31,902 nt of DNA from positions 1 through 31,902 of IMG/VR virus record IMGVR_UViG_3300020042_007667; one strand, 5' to 3'. Below are positions 18,372 to 26,397 of this stretch, piece after piece. The notes below the pieces were generated by a model. The model did not search any database and had not been told where the DNA came from. It saw only the letters and a list, made by a program, of their open reading frames with translations. Position numbers and translations under genes: made by a program. This stretch comes from a virus. Lineage: Duplodnaviria > Caudoviricetes. Numbering within the stretch: position 1 is the first letter of the stretch; each line of letters opens with the position of its first letter.

Positions 18372-18599
18372 ATGAACATCCTAGAAATCGCAATCAAAAG
18401 CCAAGAAGCACTAGTTATCACTCGTAGTTTAGAAGTTACTCAGGCACTAAATGCAAAGCGTTACGCAAACAAGCACAACGCCAAGTTGATGGTTGAACTA
18501 AGAAAAAACTTAGAAGATGCTCAGTTTAGAAGTGCGGAAGCAACTACTGATCTAATGCGTTTGTATGTTCAGGCTAACGCAGAAAAGGTTGGTGCGTAA
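18372..18599 (+). CDS. Hypothetical protein
   Basis: Strong SD (GAAGGA); first gene after promoter module 1. Confidence 0.8.
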   Translation: MNILEIAIKSQEALVITRSLEVTQALNAKRYANKHNAKLMVELRKNLEDAQFRSAEATTDLMRLYVQANAEKVGA

Positions 18600-18874
18600 T
18601 GAAGACAACAAACAAGGCAATCGCAGATCTACTAGTCAATGCAGGAATTGAAAAGGCTGTTTACAGAAACGCAAAAAAGCAACTTCCTGAAAACGCTGGA
18701 TTTAGGATGCAGACTTTCAAGAACGAATACCACAACCTTCTAAGCATTTACGCAGCTCCACTAACTTGGAACGAAGATGATCAGTTGGCAATGGTTTTGA
18801 AGATGGCTAAAGTTCTATCTGATGCAGGTCTTGAGTTTCAGGTGCGTGAAGATCACCTAACAATTGCTCGCTAA
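18599..18874 (+). CDS. Hypothetical protein
   Basis: TAATG coupling to the upstream gene. Confidence 0.8.
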   Translation: MKTTNKAIADLLVNAGIEKAVYRNAKKQLPENAGFRMQTFKNEYHNLLSIYAAPLTWNEDDQLAMVLKMAKVLSDAGLEFQVREDHLTIAR

Positions 18875-18884
18875 TTTTTCTGCA

Positions 18885-18918
18885 GTCCCTAAACAGTTTT
18901 ATTTGGGGATTTGCTTTA
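18885..18918 (+). terminator. Possible terminator
   Basis: GTCCCTAAA...TTTGGGGAT imperfect stem followed by TTGCTTT. Confidence 0.4.
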
Positions 18919-18947
18919 ACTTGACTAAACGTGGTTAGATGAAGGTT

Positions 18948-19367
18948 ATGGACAAACAAGAAACAAATAACTACGAATACTGCTCTTGCATTTGGTGCGG
19001 GCAATGGATCAGTAAACATACTTATACAAAACGTGTTGAACGCAAACTTGGCGATGCCAATATTTGTAAAGATTGCCGTGATGTTCGTAGAGTTGCCAGT
19101 ATCAAAAGTCGTAAAGATAAAAAATGGGAGCATCCAACTTTAGGAATTATTTACTGCCAGATTTGGGATGGCGATCTAAACGATGATTGGTTACCGATAG
19201 ATGATGAAGGTGCATTGTTTAGACCTGGTCTGCGTAATTGCGGTTTAAAGGATTGCGTAAATAGTACCCATATAATTCAACCTAAAGTTTTGCAGGTTAA
19301 TGATCTTGAACTACTTTTAGGGATGCACGAACTACAGCAACATAACAGACGAGCAAAAACAAGATGA
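18948..19367 (+). CDS. Zinc-binding protein with C-terminal His-Cys/HNH-like loop
   Basis: CxxC...CxxC and 'RNCGLKDCVNSTHI'; paralogue of 24097-24366. Confidence 0.7.
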   Translation: MDKQETNNYEYCSCIWCGQWISKHTYTKRVERKLGDANICKDCRDVRRVASIKSRKDKKWEHPTLGIIYCQIWDGDLNDDWLPIDDEGALFRPGLRNCGLKDCVNSTHIIQPKVLQVNDLELLLGMHELQQHNRRAKTR

Positions 19368-19948
19368 GCAAATTGCGGGTAGGTAGTTTATTTAGCGGTT
19401 ATGGTGGTTTGGATCTCGCTGTTTTGAATGTTCTTGATGCAGAAATTGCTTGGCATTGTGAATGGGAAGATGCTCCGAGTCGGATTCTTGAAAAACATTT
19501 TCCTGATGTACCCAATTATCGTGATGTATCAAAAGTAGATTTTACGAAGGTTGAAGCAGTGGATGTTTTGACTGGCGGTTTTCCTTGCCAAGACTTATCG
19601 CTGGCAGGTAAAAGGGCAGGACTAATAGAAGGAACTAGATCAGGGCTGTGGCACGAATTCGCTAGGGCTATTGAAGAACTACAACCAAAACTGGTTGTTA
19701 TAGAAAATGTTAGGGGTTTACTGAGTGCTAAAGCAGATAACGGAATGGAATACAGTCAAGAAGATTTGGATGATTGGGGAAGCAGACCTGTTTTCACAGC
19801 AATTCAAGCCGTTCTCGGGTCGTTGGCCGATCTCGGGTATGATGCAAAATGGTGTGGTTTACGAGCTGCCGATGCAGGATCACCGCACAACCGATTTAGG
19901 ATTTTTATCATCGCCTACCCTACCAACTCCGAATACGATGGAGCATAG
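19364..19948 (+). CDS. DNA (cytosine-5) methyltransferase, N-terminal part (motifs I-VIII)
   Basis: 'SLFSGYGG', 'GGFPCQD.S.AG', 'ENV', 'PHNRFRIFI'; ends before motifs IX-X. Confidence 0.9.
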   Translation: MSKLRVGSLFSGYGGLDLAVLNVLDAEIAWHCEWEDAPSRILEKHFPDVPNYRDVSKVDFTKVEAVDVLTGGFPCQDLSLAGKRAGLIEGTRSGLWHEFARAIEELQPKLVVIENVRGLLSAKADNGMEYSQEDLDDWGSRPVFTAIQAVLGSLADLGYDAKWCGLRAADAGSPHNRFRIFIIAYPTNSEYDGA

Positions 19949-20504
19949 GGAAATAAAAACCTTGGAAAAGATTGAAGAACTAAAATTACGTTCTCCAGGT
20001 GGATATAGAAATTTGCGTGAAGTAGTTATTAATGAGTTGCCTGAAGATAAATTGTTGCAAAGACCTAATGTTGTAAGCATTAATGGTATTCCAGATCGTA
20101 TGGAGATGCTTATGACCCCTGTTGCTAGTGAAGGTCTAAAAGCACCTGCTCAACAAACTTCAGCCGTCAAAGGTAAAAATGGTCAGATTTGGCTAAGTAA
20201 TCAGGCAAAAGATATGGAAACTCATTGGGGGAAGTTTGAACCTGCAATACGCAGATGGGAAAAAATAACACGTCCTGCTCCTGCCCCTACTAAGCCTGAT
20301 GGTAAGGATGGTAATCATCGCTTGAGTGCAGAATTTACTGAGTGGATGATGGGTTTGCCTTCTGGTTGGGTTACTGCGGATGATTTGGGTTTGAAGCGTA
20401 ATGATCAGTTAAAGGCTTGTGGAAATGGTGTTGTACCGCAACAAGCTGCATTAGCATTAAGTATCTTGCTTGATGAAGAAACACTTAAAAAGATAAGGAA
20501 CTAA
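19725..20504 (+). CDS. DNA (cytosine-5) methyltransferase, C-terminal part (TRD, motifs IX-X)
   Basis: 'LPTP', 'RLSAEFTEWMMGLPSGW', 'ACGNGVVPQQA'; overlaps previous ORF in another frame; start uncertain. Confidence 0.8.
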   Translation: MLKQITEWNTVKKIWMIGEADLFSQQFKPFSGRWPISGMMQNGVVYELPMQDHRTTDLGFLSSPTLPTPNTMEHREIKTLEKIEELKLRSPGGYRNLREVVINELPEDKLLQRPNVVSINGIPDRMEMLMTPVASEGLKAPAQQTSAVKGKNGQIWLSNQAKDMETHWGKFEPAIRRWEKITRPAPAPTKPDGKDGNHRLSAEFTEWMMGLPSGWVTADDLGLKRNDQLKACGNGVVPQQAALALSILLDEETLKKIRN

Positions 20505-20505
20505 A

Positions 20506-20697
20506 ATGGCAAAAAAAACTTATTCAATTCTTACAGGAGATACTTGGGAAGTTGAAGCAGATTCAAGTAAGCAGGCGTTAAAAAAGTTTTGGGCGTGGTG
20601 GGATTCTGAATTATGCCCTTGCGAAAATGAAGATTGCCTTTGCATTACTAAAGGCGAAGCAAACACTATCGTTATTGATGCGGATCCTGAAGAATGA
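20506..20697 (+). CDS. Hypothetical acidic protein
   Basis: AAGGA SD, 63 aa, coupled to next gene. Confidence 0.65.
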   Translation: MAKKTYSILTGDTWEVEADSSKQALKKFWAWWDSELCPCENEDCLCITKGEANTIVIDADPEE

Positions 20698-21326
20698 TTG
20701 TATTTGATTTTTTTGCTGGAACAGGATCATCAACGCAAGCCTTCAAAGATGCAGGACATACTGTTATAACTTTTGAATTAGATAAGCATTTTGCAGTTAC
20801 TGAAAATGTGGACATTATGGATTTAACAGTTGAATACCTTATTGCAACTTATGGGCAACCTGACTTTGTTTGGGCTTCACCGCCTTGCACTGCCTTTAGT
20901 GTTGCTTCTATTGGACATCATTGGGCTAAGGGTGGAAGTCATCCTGTTCCTAAAACACCTGAAGCAGAATACAATCAGTTGCTTGTTGGTAAAGCCATTG
21001 AACTGGCTGAAGGGCTAAAACCCAAGTTTGGTTTCTTGATAGAAAACCCTAGGGGGATGCTACGGAAATTACCTGTAGTGCAACAGTTAGATCGTAGGAC
21101 AGTTACTTATTGCCAATACGGTGATAATCGTATGAAGCCAACAGACATTTGGGGGAACGTACCAAATTGGGTTGCCAAAAATCCTTGTAAGAATGGTGAT
21201 GACTGCCACATTTCTGCTCCTAGGGGTTCACGAACTGGAACTCAAGGTTTAAAAGATGCTAAATTGCGAAGTATGATTCCCTATGCTCTAGGTCAAGAAA
21301 TTTTAGAAGCAATAGAAAAACAATAA
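20694..21326 (+). CDS. Compact C5-type DNA methyltransferase
   Basis: 'DFFAGTGS', 'WASPPC', 'IENP', 'YCQYG...KPTDIW'. Confidence 0.8.
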   Translation: MIVFDFFAGTGSSTQAFKDAGHTVITFELDKHFAVTENVDIMDLTVEYLIATYGQPDFVWASPPCTAFSVASIGHHWAKGGSHPVPKTPEAEYNQLLVGKAIELAEGLKPKFGFLIENPRGMLRKLPVVQQLDRRTVTYCQYGDNRMKPTDIWGNVPNWVAKNPCKNGDDCHISAPRGSRTGTQGLKDAKLRSMIPYALGQEILEAIEKQ

Positions 21327-21346
21327 AAGAAATTAGGACAAAATAA

Positions 21347-22180
21347 ATGGATGAACTATTTGAAATTGAAACTAAAGATGTAAACATTTTTGACTTAGAT
21401 CCTAAAAAGATTAGAGTTGAACAATTTACAAGCGGAGAATTACAAAAAATACAACCTAAAATTTCTAAGGCTGTATGGAGACCCGCACCAGGTAGAAAAC
21501 TTGGATTCTTAGTGTTTCATAAAAACGATTTATTAGGTGCAGCTTTTCTTGCTTCGCCTGTAATCAATTTGGGTGCTAGGGATGAAGCACTTGCCTTACC
21601 AAAAGATTCTTCTGAAAAAGGTAAAGAACTAAGACATTACGCAGATCTATCTGTTTGTGTGGCAACTCAACCTTTTGGATGGCATTGGAACGGCGGAAAA
21701 CTTATCGCATTGCTGGCAACAACTTTCGGCGATTACTGGTTTGAACGTTACGGTGATGAACTTAAGGGAATCATTACAACTTCTCTGTGGGGTAAAGGAT
21801 CACAATACAATCGCATTTACAAATTTTTGGGCTATACAAAAGGTTTTGGACACGAACACATTTCTGAAGATAGATATCAAGATATGATGACGTGGCTCAG
21901 AGATCACGACATTGAAGTTCCTAGCAGTAGGTTCGGTTCTGGCAGTAACCCTAGAATGAGACGAATTATGGCTTATAAAAGGGCATCAGGTGAAAAGGCT
22001 TTAACTTTAGTTCACGGCAATAAAAGGGGCATCTACTATCATCCTGCGGAAAGTCCAGAAAATAGGCAACAGGTCATTGATTTCTGGTATGAGCGTTGGG
22101 GAAAGCCAAGGTTTGATCGCACAAAAGATTTGGAAGCACCTTATTCTTCAGGGCTTGAGATTAAAGAAAACGGAGTGTAG
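21347..22180 (+). CDS. DUF4338 / Druantia DruA-like protein
   Basis: 'PGR.L.F.V', 'L.S....L..RD', 'PFG...GGKL.A.LA', 'TTSL.G..SQYNR', 'LG.TKG.G', recognised as DUF4338 motifs. Confidence 0.75.
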   Translation: MDELFEIETKDVNIFDLDPKKIRVEQFTSGELQKIQPKISKAVWRPAPGRKLGFLVFHKNDLLGAAFLASPVINLGARDEALALPKDSSEKGKELRHYADLSVCVATQPFGWHWNGGKLIALLATTFGDYWFERYGDELKGIITTSLWGKGSQYNRIYKFLGYTKGFGHEHISEDRYQDMMTWLRDHDIEVPSSRFGSGSNPRMRRIMAYKRASGEKALTLVHGNKRGIYYHPAESPENRQQVIDFWYERWGKPRFDRTKDLEAPYSSGLEIKENGV

Positions 22181-22185
22181 TGAAA

Positions 22186-22812
22186 ATGGCTAGAAGATAT
22201 AAGTTTGAAGATTATGAAGCGGTTTGGCAGAACAGTCAGGCTTCAGGTAATGACCTGCTTATTTTGTTGGCGTTGGTAAAGTTTCGTCAGCCGAAGGGTA
22301 TGTATGCAACAAGGGAAACTCTTGCCCAACTATTGAAATGCAATGTTGATACAGTTGATAGATCCTTGAAGCGTTTAAAAGAACTTGGTGAACTGGCTTG
22401 GGTTAAGGGTTCAGATAAAAGTAAACGTGCTAACCGCTACGCCATTTTGTTAGATGGTTTGGATAAAAATACCCCCCTAATTTCACCCCGAATTTCACCC
22501 CAAAACTCACAGGGAATACCCCTTGAAACTCACGAAGAATACCCCTTGAATATCACCCCCCTAAACAGTAATGAAACAGAAAGAAACAGTATTAAGCAAA
22601 AAGATGTTTTTGATAGCACTCGTTTTAGCCCTTTTATGATGAAGTCTTGTGATCGTGTTGTGGGGGTTTTGTCTCCGTTGCAGGTGTCGGATTTGCTAAA
22701 TACGTTTGCGAACTCTTATGATTGCAGTTCTGCTTATACCGATGAGATCCGTGTTGCTCGTTGGTGGGCGTATTTGGACAAATCTGCTTCGCAGGCTGAA
22801 AGGGAAATGTGA
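22186..22812 (+). CDS. Replication initiator with N-terminal winged HTH
   Basis: 'TRETLAQLLKCNVDTVDRSLKRLKELGEL...NRY'; central repeats; directly upstream of DnaB. Confidence 0.75.
   Translation: MARRYKFEDYEAVWQNSQASGNDLLILLALVKFRQPKGMYATRETLAQLLKCNVDTVDRSLKRLKELGELAWVKGSDKSKRANRYAILLDGLDKNTPLISPRISPQNSQGIPLETHEEYPLNITPLNSNETERNSIKQKDVFDSTRFSPFMMKSCDRVVGVLSPLQVSDLLNTFANSYDCSSAYTDEIRVARWWAYLDKSASQAEREM
22468..22592. repeat. Iteron-like repeats, putative replication origin
   Basis: AATTTCACCCC x2, AAACTCACnnnGAATACCCCTTGAA x2 (23-bp period), AAACAG x3. Confidence 0.7.
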
Positions 22813-24107
22813 TGACTCAGGCTATTGATTTTGAAGAACTTGTTGTTGGTTGCCTGCTTGATACTCGTGGGATTAGTTTTAGGGATGTTCAACTTGAGCC
22901 TGATGATTTTGATAGCCCTTGGTTTAGGCAGGCTTTTGGTGTGATGCAGGCTGTTTACGCTGAGAAGGGTTTGTTGGATGTTTGGTTGGTGTTGGAGGGG
23001 GTTGGTGATCCTGTTGTTCGTCAGCGTGTTTTGGATTCTTTGAATATGGCGTTTGTTCCTGCTCATTTGCCGTTTTATGTTTCTAAGGTTGTTGAGCAGA
23101 GTGTTTCTCGTCAGTTGGTTCAGATTGCGTTGGAGAGTCAGGCAGGTGATCCGCAGACTGTTCAGGAGCGTATTGATACGCTTCGTGTGAAGTTGGATGC
23201 GTTGAAGGTTGTGCAGGCTGTAGATATTCCGCATTTGGCGTGGGATTTGCAAGTGATGCTAAATGACGTGTTATCTCCGAAGGCTTTGATTAAGACTTGT
23301 TTTGCAGGTTTAAACTCGTTGATTGTGGGACTCAAGCAGTCTAGGCTTTATGTTTTTGGTGCTAGACCTGGGGTGGGTAAAACGCTGGTTGGTTTGCAGT
23401 TGGCTTGGGAGATTGCTCGTACTGAAGATGTTTTGTTTTTTTCGTTGGAGATGGATAAAACTGATTTGTTGAAGCGTGTGGTTGCTGGTGAGTTGGACAT
23501 TGATTTGAGTTTGCTGGAGAAGGGTGAACTGGATAAGGATCAGAAGCAGGCTGTGGGTGATTTGATTGCTCGTGTTGATAACAGGTTGCTTGTGGCGGAT
23601 AAGGGTGGTCAGACTGTTGCCCAGTTGCGATCTTATCTTGTGGCGGTGAAGGCTAAACGTAATGTTCAGGTTGTTGTCGTGGATTATTTGCAACTTATTT
23701 CTGCGAGCAATCCGAAAGCATCCGCATACGAAAAAGTTTCTCAGATTAGCATTGATTTAAAGAATTTGGCTAAAGAATTTAATGTTGCTGTTGTGGCGTT
23801 GGCTCAGTTGAATCGTAGGGTTGATAATAAACCTGAAGATAAACCTAATGCTTCGGATCTGCGTGATTCGGGGCAGATTGAGCAGGATGCGGATGTTATT
23901 GTGATGTTGAGTCGTAAACAGTCTGAACTTGATGTTGCGAGAGATACGGCAATTCTTGCTGGTGATCATCCTGATCGGTTAGCGTTTGGCAGTAAGTCGT
24001 TGCTTGTTATGGATGTTGTGAAGAATAGGCACGGGGCTGTGGGTAGTTTTGATAGTTTGTTTGATGGAAGTAGAAGTAGGGTTCGGGAGATAACTGATGG
24101 AAGATAA
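22812..24107 (+). CDS. dnaB: Replicative DNA helicase, DnaB family
   Basis: 'GARPGVGKT', 'FSLEM', 'VDYLQL', 'AQLNR', 'DLRDSGQIEQDAD', 'KNRHG'. Confidence 0.96.
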   Translation: MTQAIDFEELVVGCLLDTRGISFRDVQLEPDDFDSPWFRQAFGVMQAVYAEKGLLDVWLVLEGVGDPVVRQRVLDSLNMAFVPAHLPFYVSKVVEQSVSRQLVQIALESQAGDPQTVQERIDTLRVKLDALKVVQAVDIPHLAWDLQVMLNDVLSPKALIKTCFAGLNSLIVGLKQSRLYVFGARPGVGKTLVGLQLAWEIARTEDVLFFSLEMDKTDLLKRVVAGELDIDLSLLEKGELDKDQKQAVGDLIARVDNRLLVADKGGQTVAQLRSYLVAVKAKRNVQVVVVDYLQLISASNPKASAYEKVSQISIDLKNLAKEFNVAVVALAQLNRRVDNKPEDKPNASDLRDSGQIEQDADVIVMLSRKQSELDVARDTAILAGDHPDRLAFGSKSLLVMDVVKNRHGAVGSFDSLFDGSRSRVREITDGR

Positions 24108-24366
24108 CCAAGTTGAGTGTTGTCGTTGTGGTTTTAAGTGGGTGGTGAACGCTGAGAAACGTGGTAGGCGTGATCTGAAGTGTATTAGTTGTAGAGTGAA
24201 ACCTGCGTTGACGATTCAATACGGCAAACTGCGTTGCACCCCGCATCACGGTTTATTGGATGCAGATCTAAATCCGATTGATAGTAACGGCAATTTGGTG
24301 TTGGCTGGGTTTAGATTGTGTAATCATAAAGATTGCGTGAATCCTGCACATATTGTCGCACCTTAG
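24097..24366 (+). CDS. Zinc-binding protein with C-terminal His-Cys/HNH-like loop
   Basis: CxxC...CxxC and 'RLCNHKDCVNPAHI'. Confidence 0.7.
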   Translation: MEDNQVECCRCGFKWVVNAEKRGRRDLKCISCRVKPALTIQYGKLRCTPHHGLLDADLNPIDSNGNLVLAGFRLCNHKDCVNPAHIVAP

Positions 24367-24429
24367 TACTAGACTTTTGGGAGCAACAAATAAAACAAAT
24401 AAAACTCATTTAGTAAAGGAAAAAAGATT

Positions 24430-24729
24430 ATGGCAGTTGTAAAAGTTTCGGGCAAGGTTTCAAAAGTGTTTGGTGCATCAAATCAGGGTTTGTCGCTTGT
24501 AGAGTCTTACAAGTCTGCAACTGGTGAAGATTACACACGCACTTGGACAGTATGGTTTGCTGTGTCTCACGAAGTTCCTGTTGAGTCTGAAGTAACAGTG
24601 TTTGGGCAACTTTCAACGAAGATTGAAGATTTTGAAGATAAGGCTGGTAAACCTGGTCGTAAAGTGAAATTGGATATTAATAACGCCCAGATTGAGAAGC
24701 CTGCAGTTCAGGTTTCTGCACCGTTCTAA
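24430..24729 (+). CDS. Putative single-stranded DNA-binding protein
   Basis: OB-fold-like pattern, 'V.V.G.L', C-terminal 'APF'; AAAGGA SD; replication module. Confidence 0.65.
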   Translation: MAVVKVSGKVSKVFGASNQGLSLVESYKSATGEDYTRTWTVWFAVSHEVPVESEVTVFGQLSTKIEDFEDKAGKPGRKVKLDINNAQIEKPAVQVSAPF

Positions 24730-24738
24730 ACTGAATAG

Positions 24739-24885
24739 ATGAAGCAATGGATCGTAGGCTACGCTCTAGGTTTGTTGCTGATTATTAATTCGTTGAACAC
24801 AAGTCAACCCTTATCGTTCCTAAACGGAGCGGTAGGGGTTTTCTTTTGGCTAGTTATTTTGGGTGCTTACTATGGCAAGAGATAG
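24739..24885 (+). CDS. Small membrane protein (48 aa)
   Basis: Not in the ORF track. MKQWIVGYALGLLLIINSLNTSQPLSFLNGAVGVFFWLVILGAYYGKR; TAAACT-N6-ATG. Confidence 0.65.
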   Translation: MKQWIVGYALGLLLIINSLNTSQPLSFLNGAVGVFFWLVILGAYYGKR

Positions 24886-25330
24886 TTTTAGTTTTACTGT
24901 TTTCGGGGTAGACCCAGCCCCACAAGGATCAAAACGCTATGTCGGATCACGAATCTCTAAAGCGGGTAATAGTGTTCCTATGATTATTGAGAGTTCACCT
25001 AAACTTCCTGCTTGGCGTAAGGCGGTTAGTGAAGCGGTTATTCAAGGTATGAAAGATAGTGGGGATGATAGCAAGTTTGAAGGGGCTGTGAAAGTTGAAG
25101 CAGTTTTCTATCTAACCCGCAGACCTACGGTGAAACGTGATCTGCCTACAGTCCCACCTGATGTAGATAAAATTTTGAGAAGTTTAATGGATGGCATAAC
25201 GGCACGATCTAAGTCTGGGGAGATCCTTGGCGTTTGGAAGGATGATTCGCAGGTGGTTAGGGTGGACGTTTCTAAGGTTTATGCGACAGGACAGTCTGGG
25301 GTTGCCGTAACAATCACTAAATACCCCTAA
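24872..25330 (+). CDS. rusA: RusA-like Holliday junction resolvase
   Basis: 'PAPQGSKR', 'PDVDKILRSLMDG', 'WKDDSQVV'. Confidence 0.92.
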   Translation: MARDSFSFTVFGVDPAPQGSKRYVGSRISKAGNSVPMIIESSPKLPAWRKAVSEAVIQGMKDSGDDSKFEGAVKVEAVFYLTRRPTVKRDLPTVPPDVDKILRSLMDGITARSKSGEILGVWKDDSQVVRVDVSKVYATGQSGVAVTITKYP

Positions 25331-25453
25331 ATAACGCTTTATAACAGATTTATAACAACTGCGACACGCCGATAAAAATAAGTTGCATAAAGTAGGTCTT
25401 TTCCTGTAGATTTGTTCTATCAGCCAAACGGTTGGTATCGGACAAACGAAGGA
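25331..25453 (+). promoter_or_regulatory. Promoter module copy 2 (ATAAC x3, GCGACACGCC, TTGCAT-N18-TAGATT, hairpin, ATCGGACAAACGAAGGA)
   Basis: Same elements and spacing as 18253-18366. Confidence 0.8.
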
Positions 25454-25461
25454 CAAACAAA

Positions 25462-25668
25462 ATGCTAAAAGGATTAGATGAACTACAAGCAATGGACACT
25501 TTCAGACACTTAAACGGAAAACTTTACTCAGTTGTAAAAGTTGATTGGGTTGCTGGTGATCAATACGTTGTTATCTGTTTAGATAGCAAAAATAAACTAA
25601 ACCAGTTTTTGACTGATGTTCACACAGCCTTTGATGTTGTTATCACTTATAGCAAGGTTGGTGCATAA
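25462..25668 (+). CDS. Hypothetical protein
   Basis: Start moved to ATG 25462 after GAAGGA SD. Confidence 0.75.
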   Translation: MLKGLDELQAMDTFRHLNGKLYSVVKVDWVAGDQYVVICLDSKNKLNQFLTDVHTAFDVVITYSKVGA

Positions 25669-26027
25669 TGTCTAATTACACTGTTGAAGAACTTGAAAAG
25701 ATGATTGCTGTTGCAACTGAACAGCGTAGACGTGGATACAGATTAGGGCTAAGACATTTGACCCTTTCTATCAATGCAGATTTACGCTACTTGAAAGCAG
25801 AATTACTAAAACTGCAGGAAGTAAAGACTGTAGAGAAATACACTCGTGAACTTATCGCTGGCGATGTTGTAAAAGCAATAGATGGATCAATCGTTGAAAT
25901 TGTTGCAGTTCACTCAATCAAGGAAGACCCTAGATTGTTTGCTATCTCATATTTCAACCGCACAACTCAAACAGATGAATTTGATTATCAACACGGTGCA
26001 GTTAAGTGTGAAATGGTTGGTGCGTAA
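25668..26027 (+). CDS. Hypothetical protein
   Basis: TAATG coupling on both sides. Confidence 0.75.
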   Translation: MSNYTVEELEKMIAVATEQRRRGYRLGLRHLTLSINADLRYLKAELLKLQEVKTVEKYTRELIAGDVVKAIDGSIVEIVAVHSIKEDPRLFAISYFNRTTQTDEFDYQHGAVKCEMVGA

Positions 26028-26227
26028 TGAACACGACTGAACTATTTTTGAAAACTGTTGATGCCTATAAGACCTGGACTAAGACAGGAATGGATCACAA
26101 GAACTTTACCCATCTGTATGAAGCGTGGGATGAAGCGTTACTTGCTTTCGCTAAGTCAATGAATCTTAGTCGTAGCGATGCAGCTACTTATGTTTATGTC
26201 GTAATCAGGAAGGAAAACGTTAGATAA
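26027..26227 (+). CDS. Hypothetical protein
   Basis: TAATG coupling on both sides. Confidence 0.75.
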   Translation: MNTTELFLKTVDAYKTWTKTGMDHKNFTHLYEAWDEALLAFAKSMNLSRSDAATYVYVVIRKENVR

Positions 26228-26397
26228 TGTTGAAATTTATTTTTCAGTTAGCAGTAGGGCTTGCTGTATTCTTTGTGCTTGCTCACATTGCAGGCTGGTT
26301 AATGCCTGTATTCACTAACCCAATCGTGTTTGTTTCGGTTGTTGGTTTTTTTGTTGTTGTTGCAATCAAGATCGCAGTTAGGGGTTCTAATGAGTGA
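26227..26397 (+). CDS. Small membrane protein (56 aa)
   Basis: Not in the ORF track. MLKFIFQLAVGLAVFFVLAHIAGWLMPVFTNPIVFVSVVGFFVVVAIKIAVRGSNE; two TM segments. Confidence 0.7.
   Translation: MLKFIFQLAVGLAVFFVLAHIAGWLMPVFTNPIVFVSVVGFFVVVAIKIAVRGSNE

Noticed and set aside
21347-22180. Complete Druantia defence system
   Set aside because: No DruE helicase or other Dru genes are present; only the DUF4338-like gene.
22468-22592. CRISPR-like or mini-array interpretation of the repeats
   Set aside because: Repeats are short, abutting and lack unique spacers; their location in the initiator gene fits iterons.
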